From: an uncultured Gammaproteobacteria bacterium
Lineage (GTDB): Bacteria > Patescibacteriota > Microgenomatia > UBA8517
Length of the DNA: 64,000 nucleotides
Reading direction: 5' to 3'
NCBI GenBank assembly: GCA_964506225.1
Contig: CAZDKH010000010.1
Span: 23,019 to 87,018, forward strand
In this document: one piece after another, positions 53,596-61,895 of the stretch
How the letters are laid out: every line of letters begins with the position of its first letter
How positions within the stretch are numbered: position 1 is the first letter of the stretch
Position numbers and translations under genes: made by a program
The notes under the pieces: generated by a model
What the model was told of the DNA's origin: nothing
The model's database searches: none
The model's input: only the letters and a program-made list of their open reading frames with translations

Positions 53596-56535
53596 ATGGT
53601 AGCAAAACCCTATTTTTCACCTGTCGATTTGAAGATAAACTTTCCCGAAATGGAAAAAAAACTTCTTGATTATTGGTACAAAAAAGGAATAGTCAAAAAG
53701 TATTTATCTAAAAATAGAAATTCCAAGAAGAGATTTTCTTTTCTAGATGGTCCAATCACTGCCAATAATCCTATGGGAGTTCATCATGCATGGGGCAGAA
53801 CCTACAAAGATCTTTGGCAAAGATACAAAAACATGAGAGGTTTTAAGGAGCGTTTCCAAAACGGTTTTGATTGCCAGGGTCTTTGGGTTGAAGTGGAGGT
53901 GGAAAAGGAACTTGGCTTAAAAAGCAAAAAAGATATTGAGAATTTAGTTCCGGGCAATAAAGAAAAAAGTATTGCAAAGTTTGTTGAGCTTTGTAAGGCC
54001 AGGGTTAAGAAATATTCCAAGATTCAGACCGAGCAGTCAAAGCGCTTGGGGTATTTTATGGATTGGGAAAATTCCTACTATACCCTTAGTGACGAGAATA
54101 ACTATATGATTTGGTATTTTTTGAAAAAATGTTGGGAAAAAGGGCTTATTTACAAGGGAACCGATTCGGTTCCATGGTGTCCCCGCTGTGGTACGGCAAT
54201 TTCCCAGCATGAAATTTTGACAGAGGATTATAAAGAACTTACTCACGAGACTGTTTTTTTTAAAGTCCCTGTTAAAGAAAAGGATTTTAGTCTTTTGGTT
54301 TGGACTACCACACCTTGGACTATTCCTGCCAACGTCGCACTTGCTGTCAACTCCGATTTTATTTACAGAGAATGGATAAACAAGAGAACTGGCGAGAAGA
54401 TAGTTTTTATTAGAGAGGATCAAGTACCTAAAGAAGAAGGTTATGATTTGTTTGTTAAAAACATTCTTGAAGAATCTCAGTGGAGGGCGGGTAAAAGTTT
54501 TCAGGGTAAAGAGTTAGTCGGCCTAACGTATAAAGGTCCCTTTGATGATTTGCCCCGGGTAGTGGATGCCATGAACTCAGCTCCCCAGACATTCCATAAG
54601 GTAGTTGAAGCTTCTGACTTGGTTGTTGCCACCAAAGGAACCGGAATACTACATGTTGCCCCAGGGGCTGGAGAGGAGGATTTTAAACTGGGTAAAGAGA
54701 AAAATTTAGCTGTAATAGAAGTTATTAATGAGGAAGCAAATTACTATAGTGGTATGAATGAATTTTCGGGTCGAAATGCCAAAAATGAACCAAATATCAT
54801 TATTGATTATCTTCGGAAAAAGGATGGGGGTAAATTTTTCTTTAAGATTTCTTCAATTACCCACCGTTATCCTGCTTGTTGGAGATGTAAAACAGAGCTT
54901 GTTTGGAGAGTGGTTGATGAGTGGTATATAGCCATTGATCCAGTAAGAGATGATATGAAAGCTGTAGCCCGGAGGATTAATTGGATTCCAAAGTTTGGTT
55001 TGAAAAGAGAGCTTGATTGGCTGGATAACATGCACGATTGGCTTATTTCCAAAAAAAGGTACTGGGGGCTGGCTTTGCCTATTTGGGAATGTGCCAGTTG
55101 TGGCAATTTTGAATTAATTGGCGGTAAACAAGAATTAAAGGAAAAATCTATCAGGGGCTGGAAAAAGTTTGAAGGACATTCTCCCCACAGACCATGGATA
55201 GATGCTGTTGAGATTGCCTGTAGTAAATGCCTGGGGGTCTGCAAAAGAGTACCGGACGTGGGTAACCCGTGGTTGGATGCGGGAATAGTTTCATTTTCAA
55301 CTATTTGTAAAGACAACAAAGGAGCCCCGCTTTATATAATTGATAAATCTCAGTGGGCAGAGTGGTTTCCTGCTGATTTTATCACTGAAAGTTTTCCAGG
55401 GCAATTCAAAAACTGGTTTTATTCGCTTATTGCCATGAGTACGGTTCTGGAGAAAAGGGAACCGTTTAAGACCGTTTTGGGTTTTGCAACTCTTCTTGCA
55501 GAGGATGGAAGGCCAATGCACAAAAGTTGGGGTAATGCCATTGAGTTTAACGAGGCGGCTGAGAAAATTGGCGTTGATGTTATGCGTTGGATGTATCTTA
55601 GGCAAAATCCATCTGAAAATCTTCTTTTTGGTTATAAATTGGCCGATGAAGTGCGCAGAAAATTCTATTTGAAGATTTGGAATATCTATAATTTTTTTGT
55701 TACTTACGCAAATTTGGAGGACTGGAAACCAACGTCAAAAAATAACCAGGACAAACTTATTAGAATTGAGAAAGTTTTAGATAGCTGGATACTTTCTAGA
55801 TTTTCAGAAGTAAAAAAAGAAGTAACCAACCTCCTTGATAGTTACAATGCTTATGGAGCCTGCATGATACTAGAGGCTTTTGTGGATGATTTTTCCAACT
55901 GGTATATCAGACGTTCCCGAAAAAGGGAAGATAAGAATAATTTGTTTGGGATTTTGTATTATCTTTTAGTCAATCTTTCGAGGGTACTTGCACCATTTAC
56001 TCCCTTTATTAGTGATGCAATATATCGCAATCTGACAAAGGAAGATTCTGTACATCTTTCCGATTGGCCAGTTGAGGATTTGAAAGTGGACGAGGCATTA
56101 ATTACCAGAATGACTAGACTGAGAAAAATAGTTGAGATTATTCACTCTCAGCGTAAAAGAAAAAATATTCCCGTTAGGCAACCTCTTTTGGGAGTTGAGG
56201 TAGTTGCTTCTTTCCCCAAGCCCGAAAGTGAGCTTGTTGAGCTTCTTAAGGATGAGGTAAATGTTCATAATTTGAAGTGGTCAATAGGGAAAACCTTGAA
56301 GGTGAAACTGAATACGAAAATTACTCCGAGACTAAAAGAAGAAGCAAGAGTCAGAGAACTTATCCGCAAAATTCAGTTAGAAAGAAAGAAAATAGGAATA
56401 GGGTTGACTGACAAGATTTATGTTTTCTCTCCTTGGGTCCCCGCTGACCCGTTGTTTATAAAGAAAATTCTTAGGAGTACCCTTGCAAAGTCAATTAAAA
56501 AGGGAACGTTTAAAATCACAAGGGCATCTTCATGA
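53596..56535 (+). CDS. ileS: Isoleucine--tRNA ligase (type 2-like) with non-canonical signature motifs
   Basis: 'VPWCPRCGTAISQHE', 'WTTTPWTIPANVA' and 'CWRCKTELVWRVVDEWY' are IleRS-like. The HIGH position reads 'GVHH' and the KMSKS position reads 'PMHKS'. Confidence 0.85.
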   Translation: MVAKPYFSPVDLKINFPEMEKKLLDYWYKKGIVKKYLSKNRNSKKRFSFLDGPITANNPMGVHHAWGRTYKDLWQRYKNMRGFKERFQNGFDCQGLWVEVEVEKELGLKSKKDIENLVPGNKEKSIAKFVELCKARVKKYSKIQTEQSKRLGYFMDWENSYYTLSDENNYMIWYFLKKCWEKGLIYKGTDSVPWCPRCGTAISQHEILTEDYKELTHETVFFKVPVKEKDFSLLVWTTTPWTIPANVALAVNSDFIYREWINKRTGEKIVFIREDQVPKEEGYDLFVKNILEESQWRAGKSFQGKELVGLTYKGPFDDLPRVVDAMNSAPQTFHKVVEASDLVVATKGTGILHVAPGAGEEDFKLGKEKNLAVIEVINEEANYYSGMNEFSGRNAKNEPNIIIDYLRKKDGGKFFFKISSITHRYPACWRCKTELVWRVVDEWYIAIDPVRDDMKAVARRINWIPKFGLKRELDWLDNMHDWLISKKRYWGLALPIWECASCGNFELIGGKQELKEKSIRGWKKFEGHSPHRPWIDAVEIACSKCLGVCKRVPDVGNPWLDAGIVSFSTICKDNKGAPLYIIDKSQWAEWFPADFITESFPGQFKNWFYSLIAMSTVLEKREPFKTVLGFATLLAEDGRPMHKSWGNAIEFNEAAEKIGVDVMRWMYLRQNPSENLLFGYKLADEVRRKFYLKIWNIYNFFVTYANLEDWKPTSKNNQDKLIRIEKVLDSWILSRFSEVKKEVTNLLDSYNAYGACMILEAFVDDFSNWYIRRSRKREDKNNLFGILYYLLVNLSRVLAPFTPFISDAIYRNLTKEDSVHLSDWPVEDLKVDEALITRMTRLRKIVEIIHSQRKRKNIPVRQPLLGVEVVASFPKPESELVELLKDEVNVHNLKWSIGKTLKVKLNTKITPRLKEEARVRELIRKIQLERKKIGIGLTDKIYVFSPWVPADPLFIKKILRSTLAKSIKKGTFKITRASS

Positions 56536-57593
56536 GAAGGATAGTTGGGGGTATTGTCAATGAGAAAGGTTTGACAATAGGCGTTACTTTAACTTTGATT
56601 TTCAGCCTTTTGGTCTTAAATTCCATTGCAGAGTACTCATTAAGGCAACATATTTTGTATATACTTTTGGGAAGCTTACTGTTTATAATCTTTTCGGCTA
56701 TTGATTTTGAGGTGTTATCAATTTTTGCAAATCACTTTTATATTGGTAGTCTGTTTCTTCTTATCTTACCCTTAATAATTGGTCAAATAAAAAGAGGCGC
56801 AGTTAGGTGGATAGACATTATGGGATTTACAGTTCAACCCGCGGAGATAGTCAGACCATTTCTTCTGATTTTTTTTGCGACTTATCTAACTCAAAAGGAA
56901 TTGTCATTTAGAAGAATTCTTAGAGCTTGTTTCCTTGTCTTGATACCCGTCTTTTTGGTTGCAATTCAGCCTTCGTTGGGGGTGGCGATACTTACGTTTA
57001 TGGGTTTTTTGGGAACCCTTCTTGCGTCGGGCATAAACAAGAAAAACTTTCTAATTATGGGTGTTTTGATAATTTTGTTTTTACCGCTTTTGTGGTTTGT
57101 TCTTGCTCCATATCAAAGGCAAAGGTTGGAAAGCTTTATTAATCCCCACATAGACCCAACCGGAGCAGGTTATAATAGTATTCAGTCAATGATTTCTGTT
57201 GGTTCTGGTGGACTTTGGGGAAGGGGATTGGGTCAGGGTGCTCAGACCCAGCTATTTTTTCTTCCAGAAAGACACACCGACTTTGTTTTTGCCTCAATTT
57301 GTGAAGAGTTAGGTTTTGTGGGAGCGATGCTTGTAATCGGGATTTTTGTTTTTATTCTTTATAGGATATCTAAAATTTTAGGAGAGGCGAGAAATTTTGC
57401 TTCTCGTTCTTTTATTTTTGGTATTTTTTTAATTTTACTTTCGCAAACTACTATTCACATAGGTATGAACTTGGGGTTGCTTCCTATCACAGGAGTTCCT
57501 TTGCCCTTGGTCTCGCTGGGTGGATCATCCTTAGTTGGAACCATGATTGGCCTGGGGATGGTTATTGGGGCGAAAAAGAAAATATTCTCATAA
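56532..57593 (+). CDS. rodA: SEDS-family protein RodA
   Basis: 'FTVQPAEIVR', 'LPERHTDFVFASICEELGF' and 'GVPLPLVSLGGSS'. This is the second SEDS paralog, lying outside the dcw cluster. Confidence 0.85.
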   Translation: MRRIVGGIVNEKGLTIGVTLTLIFSLLVLNSIAEYSLRQHILYILLGSLLFIIFSAIDFEVLSIFANHFYIGSLFLLILPLIIGQIKRGAVRWIDIMGFTVQPAEIVRPFLLIFFATYLTQKELSFRRILRACFLVLIPVFLVAIQPSLGVAILTFMGFLGTLLASGINKKNFLIMGVLIILFLPLLWFVLAPYQRQRLESFINPHIDPTGAGYNSIQSMISVGSGGLWGRGLGQGAQTQLFFLPERHTDFVFASICEELGFVGAMLVIGIFVFILYRISKILGEARNFASRSFIFGIFLILLSQTTIHIGMNLGLLPITGVPLPLVSLGGSSLVGTMIGLGMVIGAKKKIFS

Positions 57594-57628
57594 ACTGTTT
57601 GATTATATTTCAAGGTTTTCTTATCTAA

Positions 57629-57637
57629 TGCTATAAT
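57629..57637 (+). promoter_or_regulatory. Candidate extended -10 promoter (TGcTATAAT) upstream of rplU
   Basis: TG at 57629-57630 and TATAAT at 57632-57637. ATG 57649 is 11 nt after the -10 box, and there is no SD-like sequence between them. Confidence 0.45.
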
Positions 57638-57648
57638 ATACTCTAAAT

Positions 57649-57945
57649 ATGAAATACGCTGTGATAAAATTTGCTGGTCATCAGTATAAAGTTAGTGATG
57701 GCGATGTTCTGACTGTTGACAAAACCCTTGAAAAGACGTTAGTTCCTCCTGTCCTTCTTTATGTAGATGATGGGGAGGTTAAGATTGGTAGCCCGTATGT
57801 GGACAAAATAAATATAAAGCTTAATAAAATCGAAGATAAAAAAGGGCAGAAACTTTATATCAGAAAATATAAAGCAAAGTCCCGCTATAGAAGAAAGATT
57901 GGTTTTCGACCTGAGCTGTCGACATACTTAGTAAAGTTAAGATAA
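57649..57945 (+). CDS. rplU: 50S ribosomal protein L21
   Basis: 'MKYAVIKFAGHQYKVSDGDVL...KGQKLYIRKYKAKSRYRRKIGFRPELS'. Confidence 0.95.
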   Translation: MKYAVIKFAGHQYKVSDGDVLTVDKTLEKTLVPPVLLYVDDGEVKIGSPYVDKINIKLNKIEDKKGQKLYIRKYKAKSRYRRKIGFRPELSTYLVKLR

Positions 57946-57984
57946 AACTCCACTTAATATATCAATCTATAACTTTCTAATCTA

Positions 57985-58013
57985 TTGACATCTGTGAAAA
58001 ATTGTTTTAGACT
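57985..58013 (+). promoter_or_regulatory. Candidate promoter TTGACA-17-TAGACT upstream of rpmA
   Basis: TTGACA at 57985-57990 and TAGACT at 58008-58013. ATG 58023 is 9 nt after the -10 box. Confidence 0.45.
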
Positions 58014-58022
58014 TTTTTGGCT

Positions 58023-58274
58023 ATGTCAAAGAAAAAGGCTGGCGGCAAAACAGCACAACACAAAAGACCAGCGGGAAAAAGACTTGGAGTAAAAGTAACT
58101 CACGGCCAACTAGTAACAAGTGGATCTGTCCTCTTGCGCCAAAGAGGAACAAAGTTTAAAGCTGGCAAAAACGTGAGATTGGGAAGGGATCATACTTTGT
58201 TTTCTGTCTGTAAAGGATTAGTGAGATTTGGCAAAAAAGCTGGAAAAAATATAGTCTCGGTTGTTTCAGGCTAG
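58023..58274 (+). CDS. rpmA: 50S ribosomal protein L27
   Basis: 'KKKAGGKT...[43 protein letters not shown]'. ATG 58023 was preferred over TTG 58017. There is no N-terminal propeptide. Confidence 0.95.
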   Translation: MSKKKAGGKTAQHKRPAGKRLGVKVTHGQLVTSGSVLLRQRGTKFKAGKNVRLGRDHTLFSVCKGLVRFGKKAGKNIVSVVSG

Positions 58275-58280
58275 ATTAAT

Positions 58281-59117
58281 ATGGCAGAGGAGATTATTCA
58301 AGTTCATGTAGATGAACTGCAGGCCAACCCCTTACAACCACGAGGTTCAATTACTCCGGAGAGCTTGGTTGATCTAGTGGACTCGATTAAAGAACATGGA
58401 GTTTTGGAACCTTTAGTTGTTGCCAAAACTCCAGCTGGTTATCAGATAATAGCTGGTGAGCGAAGGTGGCGAGCCGCAAAATTAGCAGGGCTTACTCACG
58501 TCCCTTGTATAATCCGCGAAACCACTCCCAAAGGAATGCTTGAAATGGCACTTGTGGAAAATGTTCAGAGGGTTGATCTTAATCCCCTTGACCGGGCAAA
58601 GGGTTTTGAAAGATTGATGAATGAGTTTGGTTTGACCAATTCTGAAATTGCCGCCAGAATTGGCAAATCGGTTGCCTATGTTTCAAATTCCATAAGACTT
58701 CTCTCTCTTCCTGATGCGCTTAAAGACGGTCTTTTATCGGGACTTATTACAGAAGGCCATGCGAGGGCTCTGGCTGGCATAGATGACCCCGCCCTTATGG
58801 TAGAAGCTTATAAAATTATTTTGAGGGAGTCTGGCTCAGTAAGAAGAGCCGAGGAGATTGCCAGGAGAATGAAGGCTAAGTCAAATCAACCTCTCAAGCC
58901 CCAAACTAGAAAAGACCAACTTAGAATTGTTTCTGAAGAACTTGATAGAATGCAGGAGGATCTAGAGAATGCCCTGAAGACCAGTAAAGATGACAAAACG
59001 ACCCATGTTAAACTCATACGTTCGAGAAGAGAAACAAGGATTAGTTTTGTTTTTAAGGGAACTTTGGAAGAAACAGAAGAGAGGCTTCACAGACTTTATA
59101 AAGCAATTACCTCTTGA
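58281..59117 (+). CDS. parB: ParB/Spo0J-family partition protein
   Basis: 'LQANPLQPR', 'GVLEPLVV', 'YQIIAGERRWRAAKLAGL' and an HTH region, 'LTNSEIAARIGKSVAYVSNSIRLL'. Confidence 0.9.
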   Translation: MAEEIIQVHVDELQANPLQPRGSITPESLVDLVDSIKEHGVLEPLVVAKTPAGYQIIAGERRWRAAKLAGLTHVPCIIRETTPKGMLEMALVENVQRVDLNPLDRAKGFERLMNEFGLTNSEIAARIGKSVAYVSNSIRLLSLPDALKDGLLSGLITEGHARALAGIDDPALMVEAYKIILRESGSVRRAEEIARRMKAKSNQPLKPQTRKDQLRIVSEELDRMQEDLENALKTSKDDKTTHVKLIRSRRETRISFVFKGTLEETEERLHRLYKAITS

Positions 59118-59119
59118 GC

Positions 59120-59668
59120 TTAGTAGATAGCCGCTTGAATAATGCCGGATTTTTGTGGGGGCCAATAGACAAGCCAAGCCTTGCCGATAATTTTTGTTCT
59201 TTCAATAAAACCAAAAGCTCGAGAATCTAAAGAATGATCCCGATTATCACCCATCACAAAAAATGAGTTCTCGGGAACTAAAAGTTCTTTACCATTTTTT
59301 GCGAAATTGCCCTCATTTGTGATTTGCTCTGGGCTCAGGTATGGCTCGTTTAAAATTTTTCCGTTTATGAATACCTTTCCATTTTCAATCATAATCTTTT
59401 CTCCTGGAAGAGCAATTATTCTTTTGATATATTCGTCTTTACCATCTGGAGCCTTAAAAACAATGACATCCCCGCGTTTTGGATTATCAAAGCGATAGGA
59501 GATTTTATCTGTTAGAAGAAACTCACCGTCGTCGAAACTTGGGTACATTGATTTACCGTGAATTTTGTGGGGTTGAAGGATAAGAAGATAAACAAAAAGA
59601 AAAATTGCGATTGCAAAAACCACAATTTGCATGATATCTAGGATGAATGCTCCAAGAGTTCTTAACAT
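59120..59668 (-). CDS. lepB: Signal peptidase I
   Basis: N-terminal TM helix, 'GKSMYPSF' (catalytic Ser box), 'YIKRIIALPGE' (Lys box) and 'GDNRDHSLDSR'. Confidence 0.9.
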   Translation of the reverse strand: MLRTLGAFILDIMQIVVFAIAIFLFVYLLILQPHKIHGKSMYPSFDDGEFLLTDKISYRFDNPKRGDVIVFKAPDGKDEYIKRIIALPGEKIMIENGKVFINGKILNEPYLSPEQITNEGNFAKNGKELLVPENSFFVMGDNRDHSLDSRAFGFIERTKIIGKAWLVYWPPQKSGIIQAAIY

Positions 59669-59688
59669 AAGATTGATTATAACACTCT

Positions 59689-61278
59689 CTAATGGGTGTT
59701 GCGCTGAAAAACGTCAAAGGTGGTATTCCACCTGATGGGTGAAGGATTCAAACAGTGTAGTTCGCTAATTGTTTTGGCGTTCCTGAATACCATTGCCAAA
59801 ATTGCATCCTCGATAAGATAGTGAATATTATAAGTAAGAGTTGGGTAAAGATGTTTAACATAACTCATTTCCGCCTTTCTGGTTTCTCCTTCCACGAAAG
59901 AGGGAATATTAAAGGGTAGAATTTTGGATTCAAGGTATTTTACTCTGGCCGAAGCTTCTCCTCCATAGGGCTTAAAAAGTTTTCCGTTTCCATCTGCGCA
60001 GTAAAGAGCTCCGCCGGGGGATTCGATAGTGCCTCCTGCCACAACTCTTGAGACTCCAATTCCGGAAGCCCCCAAAAGAAGAGTGATAGAGACATGATCC
60101 GAGGCTCCGCCTTCAACTATCACGGGTATTTTGATTTTACCTCGAAGCTGCCATAAAAGTTCAGGCCAATTAATTACCAAACCGCTTCTTAATCCTGTTG
60201 TACACCTTCCTCCTCCTCCGATGCCGATAAACAGTCCGTCTGCGCCTTCAGCTTCTGCCCTCTGGGCTTGTCCGACATCCACTATTTGACCGCTAAAGAT
60301 TTCTATTTTATTCTTATATTCTTTTCTTAATACTTTTGTGGTTTCGACGGGTCCATTGCCCGGTTCAGGGGAATAGATTCGAAATGTGCGCACTCCAGCA
60401 TTAAAAAGTGCTTCGGCCCTGCTCAGAGCTTTTTCAGGATTTGCCTCAATTACTCCTGAGACATTCCTTCTCCATAATTTTGAGATATAGTCTCGGACAG
60501 GATGGTCTTTTAAGATTTGTTGCTCCATTAAATTGAGCCATTGAAAAACTTCTTTAGCAAGGTCACTTTGACGCTTGATATCTTTTGTCAATCCATTTCG
60601 GGGAATCGCAGCCAGACAGTGAGACGCTGCCATTGTTGCCACAGCTGCGGCAGAATTCCAGATATCCGGACTTGCACTACCCACGAATATGTGACGTGCT
60701 TGTTTTCCCAATTTGACAAATGGTCCTTGGGCGTATCTTTCGCTTCTTTGGATTCTGGGTTTTTCTGAACCAACAATGGTTGCTCCAAGGTCGCCTATAG
60801 ATAAAGATAAACCCATTTTACTGGCAGATTCGAAGGCTTTAGAAGAAATCTTTGGTGGTGCTTTAAATTTTTTTTTGTCTGTAAGGCGTAAAAAATATAT
60901 CCTATAAGGATGATTAAAAAGTTCTAAGAAAAAACGCCTGAGACGAAGGGTTTTAATAATCATCTCTTGTGGTAAAAGATATAAAAATTTGTATGAAAGA
61001 TAGTCATAGGGAGTAAAAACCAACCCCTGGCTTGGATAAACAAGTTTTCCTTCTTTGGAAAATTCAAGCCATGGTGCTAGATAGTTTTTAATATCCTTTT
61101 CTTCTTGGAAAAGAAGTTTTTTAATCCTTTCCTTGCCGGCGACAGGATCCCGTAGCTTTTCAAAATCAGTTTTCCAGTTAAGAAGTTGTTGTTTCACCAA
61201 ATTACTATACAATAATTTTAATGTCAAAGAAAATACTTTATTTTGCAACAAGCAATGAGGGAAAATTAAAAGAGGCAA
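59689..61278 (-). CDS. IMPDH/GMP-reductase family TIM-barrel protein with a long N-terminal extension (start uncertain)
   Basis: 'ADGLFIGIGGGGRCTTGLRSG' compares with IMPDH 'GIGPGSICTT' and retains the Cys. 'VIVEGGASDHVSITLLLGASGIGVSRVVAGGTIESPG' is also IMPDH-like. The ATG at 61278 overlaps rdgB head-to-head by 58 nt. The alternative starts TTG 61200 and GTG 61197 avoid the overlap. Confidence 0.65.
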   Translation of the reverse strand: MPLLIFPHCLLQNKVFSLTLKLLYSNLVKQQLLNWKTDFEKLRDPVAGKERIKKLLFQEEKDIKNYLAPWLEFSKEGKLVYPSQGLVFTPYDYLSYKFLYLLPQEMIIKTLRLRRFFLELFNHPYRIYFLRLTDKKKFKAPPKISSKAFESASKMGLSLSIGDLGATIVGSEKPRIQRSERYAQGPFVKLGKQARHIFVGSASPDIWNSAAAVATMAASHCLAAIPRNGLTKDIKRQSDLAKEVFQWLNLMEQQILKDHPVRDYISKLWRRNVSGVIEANPEKALSRAEALFNAGVRTFRIYSPEPGNGPVETTKVLRKEYKNKIEIFSGQIVDVGQAQRAEAEGADGLFIGIGGGGRCTTGLRSGLVINWPELLWQLRGKIKIPVIVEGGASDHVSITLLLGASGIGVSRVVAGGTIESPGGALYCADGNGKLFKPYGGEASARVKYLESKILPFNIPSFVEGETRKAEMSYVKHLYPTLTYNIHYLIEDAILAMVFRNAKTISELHCLNPSPIRWNTTFDVFQRNTH

Positions 61279-61787
61279 GAGAAATCTTGGTTGATTTTGA
61301 GGTTCGTGGTGTGGAAGCTCAGATTAATGAGATACAATCCCTAAATGAGGTGGAGGTGGCAAAGCAAAAGGCAGCGGAGTATTTTTTTACTTTTGGTAAA
61401 CCGATATTTGTTGAAGATTTGAGTTTATCTTTCAATTATCTTCGCGGTTTACCGGGAACTTATATTAACGATTTTCTGAAGGTTTTGGGTAATGAGGGTT
61501 TGACACGTTTGATTCCAAAAGGTCAAGACAGGGGAGCAAAAGCGACAACTGCAGTTGTTTTTTGTTGGTCTAAGGACAAATATAGGGTTTTTAAAGGAGT
61601 GGTAAAAGGGAATATCGCAGAATTTCCAAGAGGAAGGGGAGGGTTTGGTTGGGACTCAATTTTTATTCCAGAGGGAGAGGTAAAAACTTTTGCAGAAATG
61701 AATTTAGTTCAAAAAAACAGGTATTCAATGCGAGCAATTGCTCTAAAGAAATTTGCGAGTTGGCTTCGAAACAACCAAAAGTGCTAA
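61221..61787 (+). CDS. rdgB: Non-canonical purine NTP pyrophosphatase (RdgB/HAM1, ITPase)
   Basis: 'ILYFATSNEGKLKEAREIL', 'FVEDLSL...LRGLPGTYI' and 'GGFGWDSIFIPEG'. Confidence 0.9.
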   Translation: MSKKILYFATSNEGKLKEAREILVDFEVRGVEAQINEIQSLNEVEVAKQKAAEYFFTFGKPIFVEDLSLSFNYLRGLPGTYINDFLKVLGNEGLTRLIPKGQDRGAKATTAVVFCWSKDKYRVFKGVVKGNIAEFPRGRGGFGWDSIFIPEGEVKTFAEMNLVQKNRYSMRAIALKKFASWLRNNQKC

Positions 61788-61800
61788 AATAGTAAATTAG

Positions 61801-61872
61801 GAACGGTTAGCTCAGTGGTAGAGCACTGCACTCACATTGCAGGGGTCATAGGTTCGAATCCTATACCGTTCA
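61801..61872 (+). tRNA. tRNA-Val (anticodon CAC), CCA not encoded
   Basis: A manual cloverleaf fold fits. The acceptor stem is GAACGGT/ACCGTTC, followed by U8 A9. The D arm is GCTC-AGTGGTA-GAGC and the anticodon arm is CTGCA-CTCACAT-TGCAG. The variable loop is GGGTC, the T arm is ATAGG-TTCGAAT-CCTAT, and the discriminator is A. Confidence 0.95.
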
Positions 61873-61895
61873 CAAACGGGTAAAACTTAAGTTTT

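Noticed and set aside
54037-55605. Several 100-150-aa minus-strand ORFs (54037..54423, 54867..55319, 55297..55605) antisense to ileS. Similar antisense ORFs lie in ftsA/ftsZ (51927..52253, 52992..53270) and in the GT genes.
   Set aside because: All are nested in well-supported + strand genes. They have no start context or family signal, so they were treated as frame shadows.
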